A stretch of DNA of 64,000 nucleotides from assembly GCA_951406725.2 (NCBI GenBank), contig OX597822.1:66898001-66962000 (forward strand), in the 5' to 3' direction. Source of the stretch: Octopus vulgaris. Its lineage: Eukaryota. Below the pieces are notes generated by a model, which was not told the DNA's origin, searched no databases, and saw nothing but the letters and a program-made list of their open reading frames with translations. Made by a program: the position numbers and the translations under genes. This document shows positions 1 through 13,358 of this stretch, one piece after another. Numbering within the stretch: position 1 is the first letter of the stretch; each line of letters opens with the position of its first letter.

Positions 1-145
1 AGCCGTTACCAGTATCACCAAATTCAAAGTGTGATACTTAGTATTACTTAAACTTTCCTCGAATGGGGCTTTTACGTGCCGAAATCTACTTGGTAAAATT
101 AATGATTATTCCAAATTAATTAATTTCACCCTATATTATTACTGA

Positions 146-148
<3 letters not shown>
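1..148. mobile_element. Probable terminus of a Penelope-like/unclassified repeat abutting a (TA)n tract
   Basis: Non-microsatellite sequence ending abruptly in (TA)n, like the other PLE termini in this window; family assignment is from memory only. Confidence 0.25.

Positions 149-206
<58 letters not shown>
149..206. repeat. (TA)n microsatellite
   Basis: Directly visible pure TA run. Confidence 0.95.
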
Positions 207-209
<3 letters not shown>

Positions 210-567
210 GCAATTTAAATATCCCACTTAATATAAATACATCGTGATAATTAAATTCACCACAGTATTCATTCGGAGACAATGTGTTTTTGGACGTACT
301 GTGTCTAAAACCACTCGCTGACAGGAGGAACATCATAAGTATTTCTGTCCTATTGGGCGATCTCAATAGCTTGAACTCACAGCCAACATGCTTAGAAATA
401 ATTCGTTACCACCTATGCATATATGCTTTCCTATGCAAGTACCTCCATCTATATTTGATTCTAAAGTCACGCACACTTACATATTCACGTCTACGTGTAT
501 GTATGTATATATGTGTGTGCCTTTGTGTTATACATATATATATATGTGCGTATGCATAAAAATGTGT

Positions 568-600
<33 letters not shown>

Positions 601-602
601 AA

Positions 603-995
<393 letters not shown>

Positions 996-2112
996 AAGTA
1001 CGTGTTTCCGTATGTGCATCGGAGGATGAATGGGTATATTACTTCATTTGTTGGAATTCATTTATGCATTTTTCTTGAGCGCTAAAATGGCCCATCTGAA
1101 ATTTTCTATGAGAAAAGTGCTCTTATATGTGAACAATTGGACATCGACTCCATGTTCAGATGCATACTTACCATTTTACATTCGATACTCGTTTATATAG
1201 AGCAAAATTCCATTCAGCGTACCGGTTTCAATATATAGTTTTATTTCATTTTATGTTGTACAGTATTCTTTTTGTATTAAAGTTTATATTTCTTGCTACG
1301 TTGAATAACCAGTGATAAAGTTTAGATGTTGTTCTGTTCATGCTGACATAATCAGCCCAAGTATACGCTGCTGAGCCGACAGTTGGAAATTTGGGATGCG
1401 AAAAATACCGCACTCATTGCCCAGAAAAGGAAACTAGAAACTTCTCTGTGTAGCACGCATTGCATTGGTTCTAAATGATTTCAAATATGACTTTTGAAAC
1501 TCATATTCGGATAATAGTTGGTAACGTTTTCACACGATTCACTTAAACGTATCACCTTTCTACACATAGTTGACAAATTGTCACACAATATTTATTCACC
1601 TTCGTTCCATCAGTTCTCTTTAATTTCTATTTAACGGAGTACAAAACACATCGCTTTCTATTACGTATAGTACAAAAGTTATCGCTCTTTTCATCTTTCA
1701 GGAGAATTTTTCAGATTTTTGTGTTTCTTTTTTTTTTCTGCGTTTCTTTATTTCGTTACAGACCTATTCCATGATTACTGGTTTGTTCGTGCACTTGCGT
1801 GTATAACTGGTGTGACAATCAAAACGTCAGAAATTATAAACTTTCTTCAAACCATTCCATATTCATTCAGTTCTATGAGACCGATGGACTAGTAACTGTC
1901 TAAGAGTTAGGTTAGATGTATTCCAAGAACTAATTCGAACAGGTAGCAGTTTGGGGAAATTACAAGAGAAAAGAATACCTGATCTACCGCAAAAATATCA
2001 CGATACTATGCAATAGTGACGAGTAACATTGCTCCCGTTCACTCCCACCAAAACACATATCCCCACACACACAGACACATACTACAATACATTACACACA
2101 CACACACATACG

Positions 2113-2148
<36 letters not shown>

Positions 2149-2746
2149 AACATACATACACACTCACATATGAATACGTATGTATGTTTAGATACAAAGA
2201 TCGATGGAGGAACTCACATACGAAATATATCTTTATATGAGAAAAAGAGAGAGTGTTTGTGTGTGTATATGTGTGTATACATGTATACATAAGAACGATT
2301 TGTGTTTTTGTGACTGCTTTTCTATATATGTATACATTTTTACGAATATCAATTTACTTATAGTGATAACAATTTTTTTATATATATTTGTTTAATAAAT
2401 AAATATAATGTGTATACGCAATGATATAAAAACAATGTTTTGACCAATTTTTATGAAAAAAATTAACATAACAGATACATCATTTCTAGTATTAATTCCA
2501 CTTAAATTGTTTGTCTTATAGATGTATATCAGTTAACAATTTTCTATATATGAGAAAACAATATGTCTGGTTTGTATCTGCCTTTATTTATTTTTTTGCT
2601 TTGGTTTTTTTCTTTTTTGCACAAACTGTTGTTCATCACCAGTCATAGGTTTGACAAGCATTTGTAAAATATATTACAGTTCATCATTTATCATTTATAT
2701 CCATTCATTCTCTTTGTATGTACGAATTGTTGTGTATATAATTGTA

Positions 2747-2784
<38 letters not shown>

Positions 2785-2909
2785 CACAAAAGTATACATA
2801 CCTAAGCAAAAATAAATACACACAACACACACACATACATACCCACGCGACAGACACACACACATATATACATATATATATGTATATATATATATATGTA
2901 TATATGCAC

Positions 2910-2961
<52 letters not shown>

Positions 2962-3413
2962 TAACGCATTTAACTGTAATTGCCTTTCGTAACACTTAAA
3001 AGAGACTGTTTGTTGGACATACAAATATGTATATGTATGTAAAATTATGCATGTATATATATATATATATGTTTCTCTCTTTATATGTATAATTATAAAT
3101 ATACTGACGTATATACATATATATATATATATATGCATGTGTCTCTGTATATTTATAATTATACATATAAAGAGAGAAACAAAAATAGATACAGCGAGAT
3201 GTATCAATATATTGTCGCAAAAATAGAAATAAGAAGTCTGTAAACAATGAGAGACTTAAGTTCATAAATACATCTATAAATCATTTTTAGTTTGAGAATG
3301 ACAATACAACAACGGTCTCATAAAAGAAGAATATATCTTATTAGAAACATATATTTGAGTGCATAAAACACACACATTCATACGTTCATACCATAGTATA
3401 CCTAAATATATAA

Positions 3414-3447
<34 letters not shown>

Positions 3448-3548
3448 GTATATGGTGGGGTGTATCTTTCTATCTCTCTATATAATAAATAGGTTTCTCG
3501 CCCTCTCTACTTCTGTCTGAATATATTTATATATATATATATATATAT

Positions 3549-3692
3549 GGGGAGAATTTAGAAATAAAGCAAAAGACGAAGACAGGTGGTGTAGACAACA
3601 AACAGTAGATGTATTGGTTTAAGCCTCGGGAAGTGAAAAAAAGTCTTTACGTTTCGAGCCTACGCTCTGCCACAGAAAGAAACAAGGAGAAT
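3549..3692 (-). mobile_element. Penelope-like terminal repeat fragment with decayed minimal hammerhead
   Basis: Minus strand reads TTT-CTGTGGC-A-GAGC-GTAG-GCTC-GAAAC-GTA-AAGAC (3643-3680): PLE-type type-I hammerhead layout with a degenerate core; flanked by TA/CA repeats. Confidence 0.5.
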
Positions 3693-4019
3693 ACCCCCCC
3701 ACACACACACACAAACACACATACATATAGATATGTATGTATGTATGTAGATTTATATAGAGATTTATATAGATCTATATATGTGTGTGTTTGCGTGTGT
3801 ATACATATCTATCATACATATGTATATCTATATGTATATATATATCTATTATACATATGTATATATATATATGTATATATATATATACATATGTATGTGT
3901 ATATATATACATATATATATATACACACACATTCACACACACACATATATATATACACATAAGTGATGTGATGGCTGTTCACTCTTCACTTAGGAAGACC
4001 ATCACTGAACGCTAGGAAT

Positions 4020-4560
4020 ATTTAGCACGGTGTTTTTACACCAGCATTGGACTTAGCTCGATTCGGGCCCGCAAAATCTTTGCTCTCTGAAGCACCATCC
4101 ATCTCCACCAGTGATCGAAAATAATCCTCACCGGTTGTAGCACACCCGAAACTTTTAGATTCGGTTTGTTTTCACACCATTACCATGATCCCGAGAGAAA
4201 CCAGAGCAAGATATCCAGTGCTCAGAAAAGTGGGAAAAAAATAGCAAGAACTTTCAATGCCATTCCCTGCCTCGTTCATAACAGGCTGACATCTAGAAAT
4301 ATTCTTTAGCAAATGCTAACAGCTGCCTCACTTGATGGACGGGTTGCTGTCCAGCACGCGAGTGACCCAACCGGAACTTCTGAAGGCGTGTGCTGTTGGT
4401 AGATATTCGTTGAACAAATCCTAGGTTCATTCGGTCAATTATCACATTACGCGTGAGGTCTTTCATGGGTGGTGCTGCTAATATGGAAACCACTACATCG
4501 TGTTGCATGGTCGGGTTGTCGGCATCCTCACTTTCCTAGGTTGCTAGAAACCCAGCAGGA
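4020..4560 (-). mobile_element. Gypsy LTR retrotransposon gag remnant
   Basis: ORF 4293-4508 has STRLQKFRLGHSRAGQQPVHQVRQLL, resembling the RLQxLL..LGDxxPSxxLRxMxxL gag motif; a downstream CWC word resembles the CWYH motif; frameshifted. Confidence 0.45.
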
Positions 4561-4614
4561 CTAAGAAAAATAATATTTGGATATGTGTATATTTTTGTAT
4601 ATATATTTTTTTTG

Positions 4615-4652
<38 letters not shown>

Positions 4653-4960
4653 GATGAATAATGTACTTAAGTTGAGGCACCAAAATTTAGTATGGTGTTA
4701 TCCATACAATTTAAAATAAGATGATTATAATTGAACAATGCAAATATTACATCAATTTAAAGTGTAGAGCAATCTTCAGCAGCACAAAAAACATGGAATC
4801 TAATTAAATTTGAAGGACACATTAGTATAATTTTATCCAAAATTTCCAAGAGGATAAGGAGATAGACAAAGAACATGTTTTACCAAGATAGACAAAGAAC
4901 ATGTTTTACCAACAACATCACAGTATATATACATATATATACACACACACATATACATAT

Positions 4961-5150
4961 TCAAGGTTGGCCAAAAGTCACCCGACAGTAAATCAAAATT
5001 TCATATGTATCATCTCTAAATCTGCATTGACTCGAAAGCAAAAATGCGTTGCTCAAGAACGACTTTAGTTTGAACAATTTTGTTGATGTTTCATATTTAC
5101 ATGCTCTTCTGCATATATGCATAGAGTGAAGATATAGATACTTATACAAT
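4961..5150 (+). mobile_element. Tc1/mariner-type terminal inverted repeat end (fragment)
   Basis: Starts CAAGGTTGGCCAAAAGT after a TA-rich tract, resembling the Tc1-like CAGxGxxGxCAAAAGT terminus; partner TIR not found. Confidence 0.4.
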
Positions 5151-5159
5151 GACTGATTA

Positions 5160-5526
5160 TATTTCTTCCGTTTCTCTTCAATTTTCCCGCTCAATCCTGC
5201 TTTTGAACCCTCGTATGTCCTATTACAGTCTGTAGACAAATAGTGTTTTATCCTGCAAAATATGTATATTGACTCCAAATACCAGGCTGGTATCGCCATG
5301 CCGCAGCGGAATGTCCCAGCATATATATGTGACCTCGTGAGTACCGCTGACGAATGTTTTCCTCTGTCTTCCCTTCTCGGGGTCTTTCCTTCTCCTATGT
5401 TTCCGACGAAGAGCTCCGCTCGAAATGTTATACCCTCCTTCTTCCCTTCTTTCCTGAGCGTCCAATAATACTTTATTTGTTCCACGTCCTCGCGTTGTTG
5501 TGTTTTTTTTGTTTTCTTGTTTGGAT

Positions 5527-5531
<5 letters not shown>
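5160..5531 (+). mobile_element. Penelope-like element terminal region; homologous to 62415-62600 in opposite orientation
   Basis: 5355-5531 is a near-identical reverse complement of 62415-62595; carries a hammerhead-like motif and ends in (TA)n. Confidence 0.6.
5399..5433 (+). ncRNA. Minimal type-I hammerhead-like motif, variant core CCGACGA (GAAAC mutated to GAAAT)
   Basis: GTTT-CCGACGA-A-GAGC-TCC-GCTC-GAAAT-GTT-ATAC. Confidence 0.5.
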
Positions 5532-5573
<42 letters not shown>

Positions 5574-5967
5574 TAATTCAATCCCATTAACATATTAACT
5601 ATTGGGTGATAAATTTACCAGCTGTAAACTAATCTATTAAGTTTATACAATTTAAAATGCGAAACTTACTGAAAGGTAAATTGACTGTTTTTTTTCTTTC
5701 ATTTTGTAAATAAATTGAGTTAAAATTTTCATACAGTAAATATCACTCCGTAAAACTAAATATGTCGTAACTTATTTTTCAATTTTGTTTAATAGCACAA
5801 TTTTAGTCTATTTTTTCGTTGTCATTTCGTTGACATTGTCAATAATCCGATATCTATTCTCACTTAAGTACACCGCTATTACGATTTCTATTATGATATA
5901 TAATGCACTTCTTATTCAAAGAGATATTAAGTCTTTAAACGTAATAGCACAATTTGACTTCGCATCA

Positions 5968-6122
5968 TGGGTGGCTGTGTTGTAAGTAGTTTGCTTACCA
6001 ACAACATGATCCCGGGTTTCACTGCGTTGCACCTTGGACAAGTATCTTCTACTATAGCCTCGCGCCGATCAAAGCCTTGTGGTTGGATTTGCTAGACGGA
6101 AAATGAAAGAAGCCCGTCGCAT
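5968..6122 (+). mobile_element. SINE family 1 (tRNA head, CORE-like segment), 5' half
   Basis: TGGCTGTGTTGTAAG box-A-like head, CACCTTGGACAAGTATCTTC, ...GAAGCCCGTCG; matches reverse complement of 21263-21420. Confidence 0.8.
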
Positions 6123-6851
6123 ATCTAATATATTTAATTCGAAATAAAATTTCTGTGTCAGTGTGTCACACTTTGACCCCACTTTCTCACTATTGAATGA
6201 CACTTCTACCATTGCTCATACTAGGGTGAGAGTAATCCTAGGCATGGAGAGAGTGAGGGCAGTGGCGAAGACAGACGGAGAGAAAGAGAGAGAGAGGGAA
6301 AATGAGAGCGATAGAATGAGAAGCAAATTTAGGGAGAGTTCATGGTGTTTTATTGAAAGTGATAGCGTTGATGGTGGCAGTGGGAGTAATTATAAGAGAA
6401 AGAGAAAGATGGGTATGTGAGAGAAAGAAAAACTGAACAATGGGCCGACATACTGAACTAAGAGGCTTTTCATGATAATGAGGTGATTGCAATAGTGTGA
6501 GCTGTATTTGTGATAGAGGCGGGGGCGCGGTTGATGATGGTGGACGTGGTGGTGGTGGTAGTGGTGGGGTAAGGAGGCAGAGCCAAAGATATTAATGGTG
6601 GTGGCGTCAGAAGTCTGAATGGTGTGTGTATGACAGATGTGGTGGCAACGGTGGTGGTACTGTTGTTTATCATGCAGCTTTGCAATAAGTTCCAAGTCGT
6701 CAAATTATATCATTGTTTTGATGATAATTGTTCATTGCTTGAAAAATATTATACAAGTCTAATAAAAATTTAATGTGTACTCGATGCATAAAGTGACATT
6801 GTTGGGCCCAAGGTCTAAAGAAGAGCTCTCCACAGTAGCTTGCTCAAAAGC

Positions 6852-7010
6852 CGCCCACCATCGCTTGACAAACTTAGGGGTTCCGCAGAAAACATCGATA
6901 GAATAAGTACTAGGCTTACAAAGAATAAGTACTGGAGTCGATTTGTGCGACTAAAAGCGGTGCTCCAGCATGACGCAGTCAAATTGCTGAAACAAATAAA
7001 AGAATAAAAT
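6852..7010 (+). mobile_element. SINE family 1, 3' half
   Basis: CGATAGAATAAGTACTAGGCTTACAAAGAATAAG...GCGGTGCTCCAGCATG...AAATAAAAGAATAAAA. Confidence 0.8.
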
Positions 7011-7024
7011 ATATATATATATCT

Positions 7025-7580
7025 GTCATTTCTTCTGTTTTCTGTTCCTGGTCAAAGATTTTCTCGTCTGAGAAAGACCAAATCACACCATTTTCTAGTG
7101 GATTTTTAAGTTTGTTCAAAAGTCTTTTGGATCCGATTACACGGTTATTTCTGACATGAATTAAACTCTCCTCATCACGTAAGATTTGTATCTGATGTCT
7201 TCATGTACAACATTTTTAATTATTTCTTCTAGCACAGGAAATTTTTTGGCAGTTGACCTCATTAACTTTCCGTGTTTGTCTTCAATGTTTTGCTTAACCT
7301 CCTGAATAAATTCAGGTTCCCTGATAAGAATAAGGGTGTTTGGAATTTTATGAATTTTACGTTTTGATACCAGTAATACGCCTCCAATCTTCTTTCACTA
7401 ACACCGAATCTTGTGGAATCTTGCAATTTTCAGAAAGCGAGAAATTTCTAAATCACCATGCTTAGCCTTCAAAGCGACAATCATTGTTATTTTCTGAAAT
7501 AGAAGTTCAATAAAAGTTAGTCAAATAAAATAATGACTAAAAATGCATGAGTCCTTAAATACCGTCCGCACCTCATGTGT
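7025..7580 (-). mobile_element. Tc1/mariner transposase remnant (N-terminal HTH to first catalytic D)
   Basis: Minus-strand pieces translate to MIVALKAKHGDLEISRFLKIA, NVVHEDIRYKSYVMRR and LFSDEKIFDQEQK (FSDEK motif); stops/frameshifts present. Confidence 0.7.
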
Positions 7581-7602
7581 ATATGTATATGTGTGTATTT
7601 GC

Positions 7603-7643
<41 letters not shown>

Positions 7644-7715
7644 TGTGTGTGTGTTTGTGTTCGTGTGTGTGTGTGTTTGTGTGCGTGTGTGTGTGTGTGC
7701 GTGTGTGTGTGTGTG

Positions 7716-7968
7716 TGGAGGCGCGTGGCTTAGTGGTTAAGGCGTCAGCACCATGATCGTAAGATTGTGGTTTCGATTTCTGGACCGGGTGACGCGTTGT
7801 GTTCTTGAGCAAAACACCTCATTTCACGTTGCTGCAGTCCACTCAGCTGGCAAAAATGAGTAACGCTGCGATGGACAGGCGTCCCACGTCCAGCTGCGGA
7901 ACACATACGCCATTGAAACCGGGAAACCGGGCCCATGAGCCTGGCTAGGCATTAAAAGGGCGCATCTA
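7716..7968 (+). mobile_element. SINE family 3 (tRNA-derived head)
   Basis: GGAGGCGCGTGGCTTAGTGGTTAAGG (box A) ... GGTTTCGATTTC (box B), GTTGTGTTCTTGAGCAAAACAC; homologous to 45258, 56565, 61638. Confidence 0.8.
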
Positions 7969-8007
<39 letters not shown>

Positions 8008-8010
<3 letters not shown>

Positions 8011-8340
8011 CAGCATGGAATTTTAAAATCCAAGGCTGTAAATAGTTTTCAGAACATTTATAAAGAGGTCTTACAGCTGTTTCCGGGATATTTTATATAT
8101 CTTTTCATCAGAGACGACGCGAAAAAATGCTAAATATTTATTATAGAGAAGATATGAGATACAGAATGAAATAAGACCTGAGAGACGTAAAAATATTGTA
8201 TGTACATTATACTATATGAGGTTTGGAATAAAGAAATTTTATTTTCAGCTTAGTCTTTATTGCCTGAACGGCGAAAAGGTTCAGCTGTAATAAATAGTAA
8301 TTCATAAAGACAATTTACTTAATAACTATCCGCGATAAAG
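8008..8340 (-). mobile_element. Penelope-like element terminal fragment
   Basis: Contains a PLE-type hammerhead and terminates in (TA)n. Confidence 0.5.
8068..8115 (-). ncRNA. Minimal type-I hammerhead ribozyme (PLE type)
   Basis: Minus strand: GTCT-CTGATGA-AAA-GATAT-ATAAA-ATATC-CCG-GAAAC-AGCT-GTA-AGAC; canonical CUGAUGA/GAAA core, stem I GTCT/AGAC, palindromic stem III ACAGCTGT, GUA cleavage triplet; base of stem II mismatched. Confidence 0.75.
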
Positions 8341-8639
8341 AGAAAACGGTGCAAAACTCGATTTTTGCGCCTCATAAAAGCCACGCTGTTGAGACTAACT
8401 TTCTTTTTTAATTGGCAGAAATTCACAATTTCTATAAGGATTTCAGAGATTACTCCTATTTATTTATATCCATGATCAGTAGATTCAGTGCTACTTATTT
8501 TAGCGAAGAAGAGAAAGATAGAAGGTAACTTCGAGCTCATGGTAATTAGAACTTAAAATATAAACAAATGAAATTGCTTGCTGCAAGGATTTATCCTCCG
8601 CTTTTCAAGTGGTTTGCGCTACTAACAGTCTGACAGCAG

Positions 8640-8641
8640 AA

Positions 8642-8693
<52 letters not shown>

Positions 8694-8771
8694 GAAAATG
8701 CGTGCCGTAAAAGGAGCAGCGAGCAAAAACGTAATATGCAAGAATGCAGCGGTAGCAGCAGTAGCAGCAAC

Positions 8772-8839
<68 letters not shown>

Positions 8840-8936
8840 CAGCAGCAGTAGCAGAAAAGGACTAGGAGGAGAAGTAGAAGTAGGAGGAGGGGAAGAAAAA
8901 GAAGTAGAAGAAAAATGAAGGAGAAGAAGGAGAGGG

Positions 8937-8967
<31 letters not shown>

Positions 8968-9030
8968 GAGGGAGAAGAAGGGGGAGAAAAAGAAGAGGGA
9001 GAAGAGGGAGAAGAAGAAGAAGATGAAGAA
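8640..9030. repeat. Compound trinucleotide repeats (AAT)n, (AGT/AGC)n, (GAA/GGA)n
   Basis: Directly visible. Confidence 0.9.
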
Positions 9031-9582
9031 CTAAATGATAGTGATACGGAAAAAAGAAATCGGAGGAATAGTGCGGCCTTCATTGGTGTTCTTTCTCCGG
9101 AGTTTTCAAGGTGACAAAAGAAAATCAATAAAGCTTCCAACAGTTGAAATTACGTGAAGTGTGTCTTGTGTATGGAAGATTTGGTAGATTAGCCAGTGGA
9201 TATTTTAGAAAATGGCTCAATCGATATTTGGATGTATGCCATTGTACACGTGTTACTGGTATCTGCGTAAACCCGTGTTTCGGTGAGTGTGTGTTTAAGT
9301 GTGTGCATTTGTAAGAGAGAGTGGATGTACATAAGCGTAAGCGGAGGTAAGTTTCGTATGTTTCGCGTTGTTGATTCAATGAATACATTTCATATGAATA
9401 TAGCTACCCAAGCGTGAACTGATGCGATTCGCATTATTGCCTGTTAATGCGTGTGTGTGAGTGTGTGTGTGTGCGTGTGTGTGAGACAATTTATCTGTGC
9501 ATATCTCTGTCAACAAGTGTTTATACAAAATGCTTATACCTACGTGTCCATGTTCGTATGTACATTATACTTATGCATGTAT

Positions 9583-9614
<32 letters not shown>

Positions 9615-9859
9615 AGGCTACATACATACATACACACACATATAGATATATATGTGTGTAAGCATATATATACATACATATGTACATATGTATATATTTA
9701 AGTAGGTATATGCATACAAGTATATAAATATTAATGTGTAAATGTGTTTATATATTTATATGTACACATACATGTATATATATATATATGTGTATACATA
9801 TATACTCATATACATATATATATATATATATATATACATACATACATACACACATATAT

Positions 9860-9907
<48 letters not shown>

Positions 9908-10334
9908 TCATCGGTGAATGTATGTCTGGTGTATGTACATGTGAAAGTGTGCACATGTTTGTTGTTTTATAGGAAAATACAACATGAGAGTATGAAGGAA
10001 TTTGACAGAATGAGAATTTGACATGAACACAGTTAAAAAAAAATCTCTCTATAATGAATAATCTTTTATATACGATGTAATAACGTATTATATGCCGAAT
10101 ACTTACTAGTACTAATTCATTTCAGCAGAGAATATTGCTTTCATTGGTTTTAGTATGATATATGGATGAATGCTTGTTCAGAGCAATAGATACATGGATA
10201 TCAGTATAAAAGTTTGAATAGTAAACGTTGGAATATAATCGTATTTCCATGTATATTTTTTAGGTGAACCAATCATATAGGGATATATATATATGTGTAT
10301 ATATGTGTGTGTATGTATGTATGTTTATATACAT

Positions 10335-10388
<54 letters not shown>

Positions 10389-10949
10389 ATGTATGTATAT
10401 TTATTGGATAACTTGCATGTATAGACACATACGTACATACGAGAATACTTATCTATATTGGTGTGTATATATGTATATTTGCAAATCGATGCGTTGTTAT
10501 GTTATCTTGCAAGCAAAGATAATAAATATAAACAGCACCAATATATGTTTTTCAGTTTTCGGGAAAAAAACTAATGGATATATTGCAATTATATCTGCAA
10601 ACCGCATTCAGTTATACATGTGTTTGTGTATGTAAGCATGTATGTATATATGTATGTATGTGCTTGTATGTATGTGTATGTTTGTATATATATATTTACC
10701 GATTCCTACGCAGATATGTATAGGATTAGAGAAATTTGGTGAAATATATCCTCACTTTAGAAAAAAATGAAAAGAACTTTCGGAGTGTATTGAGTAATTA
10801 TTTCGAGCTTGTACATCTAAATACGCATCATCCTCTCTGCATATAAAAAAGTGACATATTATATCCATATAAAATTGTGTGTTTGTGTATGCATGTAAGC
10901 ATGCATTTATATATACGTACATACACACATAAATTCGTTTGTTTCGATA

Positions 10950-11640
10950 CATCAGAAGCAAGGCAATAAGTCTTTCGTCTCGCAGCGTTACTTCTCTACT
11001 CATGGAGGAGGACTGAGACATTACTGTTCTCGGTTCAGCAGGATCACCACTCGCAGTTGAGGACAGCCTTTTCGCCAATTTTAGATGTATCGGTATTCGC
11101 GCACATATCAATAGGTGCATATTTATCCGTAACTTAGAACAGGAAGAGTACTACTTTAAAATAATCAACGCAAAAAAAAACTGTTCACTGAGTTATGCCT
11201 CCGGAGATATCTCTAATGGTCACGCTATGTTTAAAAACACAAATATATCATTCATGAAGAAAATTCCTCCAATCAGCAAGCCGCTAGATACGGAATTCTG
11301 CATAATGACCCCTGTCAGTAGCATGTACATTCTGTTAATTGTATGGTAAAACAAAATTCGATACTACTGATGTAGGAATTGGTGATTTAACAATCCCTTG
11401 TGTAGTAATTATTCGCCTAGCCAAATAAAAATTTGCTCTATGCAGCAAAATTGATATTAGATTAAAATAGCCAACAGCATGTTATACTAAATGCAGAAAG
11501 ATCGCTCAAAACAAAGTATTTTCGCTATTCATCCACAGATAAATATTTGAGGTGGTCAAATAGTCATTGTTCACATAGTATACTGATTCCATTATGTTGC
11601 GCCCTTATAACAATGGTAAATGTTGTAATACATACGAGAT
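10950..11640 (+). mobile_element. Helitron Pif1-like helicase remnant
   Basis: Collinear decayed motifs: MPPEISL (~GxPPHxL), ISFMKKI..DTEFCI (~IMLLRNL..NGTRL), IKIANSMLY*MQK (~LAYAMTIxKSQG), GGQIVIVH (~GQxYVA); heavily degenerate. Confidence 0.45.
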
Positions 11641-11664
11641 CATGTGAGCGTATTATATCTATAG

Positions 11665-11711
<47 letters not shown>

Positions 11712-12138
11712 TAGAGTTATAGATATAATTGTGTCTTGCGGAAAATATAGAGCTGCTAAGAGGAAGTGCTCGGGTCGAATTCGAGACAGAAGATAAGAAT
11801 TAATTATAAACTCAGTTTTTTAGGCAATCATACTGACACGTTTATAAATTCGACTTGAAATGCGTATACATATATTAATACGTATCGACACATATGAATA
11901 CCAGGACAAAAACTCTAGATGCGGCCGCTCAAAGTAAACATTCTCGGACTGTATTATATACCGTATATGCCATTTATATTTAAAAAGAAAATATACCGAA
12001 CTCTATGACTCTTTTAATCGAAACTCTTAACCGCTCTTAATTTCAGTACATTTTTTTATATCCGTCCTGCTTTTCTCACATTTCCTTCCATACGTATCCC
12101 ACATGGGTTTTATTTACATGTATTTTATCTATGTATAT

Positions 12139-12197
<59 letters not shown>

Positions 12198-12304
12198 CAT
12201 ATATATGTATATATATAAGTATATATATCTTATAAATACCTTTTTTTTAAAATTCATATGTATCGATATGTATTAATATATGTATACGCATTTTAAGAAG
12301 TCGA

Positions 12305-12343
<39 letters not shown>

Positions 12344-12510
12344 CATATATATATATATATGCGTATATATCATATACACACATACACAGAGAAACGCAGC
12401 CTACAAACGCATGCATACCATACATGCATACATACATGCATACCTACATGCATAAATACATGCATACATACATGCATGCATACATACATACATACATAGT
12501 TCTATATGCA

Positions 12511-12765
12511 TAAAGGGACAAGAGTAGCTGTTCACAATAAAGAATAACTTCTTTTGTAAATTTGAAAATCTAATCTATGCAATTACATGCTCAGGGTGTG
12601 AAAAGCATTATATATGACAAATCAGCGTATCATTAAGACAAAGCATGAGTCTAAATATATCAAAGTATTCCGTAAAGAAATCCAGAAGATAGGACTATCT
12701 ATCCATAGCTAACATATGGACTCGTGCAGGTAAGAAACAACCAAATTTTAAGATCTTATTATTAT
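12511..12765 (+). mobile_element. Penelope-like GIY-YIG endonuclease remnant
   Basis: Translates to FTIKNNFFCKFENLIYAITCSGCEKHYI*QISVSLRQSM, matching NxIYxIxCxxCxxxYIGQT..LRxR of PLE endonucleases. Confidence 0.8.
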
Positions 12766-13327
12766 GATTATTATTTGCTTATTGATTGCACGATATAGCA
12801 GCAATACATCTGGGAACAACCTTCATAACCAAATTTTGGCCGCACTGAGACACCTGTGTGGGAGAAACGGACAGTTAACTACCACCAATAATACTACATC
12901 ATTTTCCACTACTAATCTTGTTACTAATTACAATAACACCACCACAAAGTCTATAACTACAAGCATCGTATCTTCTACTGCCACCACGGATCGAGATCAT
13001 GCTTCTACTACTACTAGTAACAGCATATCTTACATTCTGTTACTACTAGGATCCTGTAGCAATAAAAAATAACGAAATTTCAGCACCGTGTGATTTTCGT
13101 AATGAAAAAAGGAGAACTCTCAGAACTGATACCTTGGGAGTTTAATTTCATCCAATTATTTTTCCCTTCGATTGATTATGACCAAATCATATTTTAAGTG
13201 ATTGAAACCGGTAGGCTATTTTGATAAGAATGTAAATGCATTCATATATCCATGATAACGTTCTTCGTTGTATAAATATATCTGGGCATATACATGTACA
13301 CACACACACACAAAAGCACACACACAT

Positions 13328-13358
<31 letters not shown>

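Noticed and set aside
4860-4912. 27-bp direct duplication (also a 14-bp duplication at ~63746)
   Set aside because: Ordinary slippage duplications
7716-7790. tRNA genes at SINE heads (also 45258, 61638)
   Set aside because: Box A/B present but no complete cloverleaf; each continues into a SINE body
9140-9290. Possible exon ending VCHCTRVTGICVNPCF|gtgagt (EGF-like flavour)
   Set aside because: Cysteine spacing incomplete and no partner exons identified
10752-11120. 122-aa minus-strand ORF as a host exon
   Set aside because: Better explained as antisense of the Helitron helicase remnant plus microsatellite
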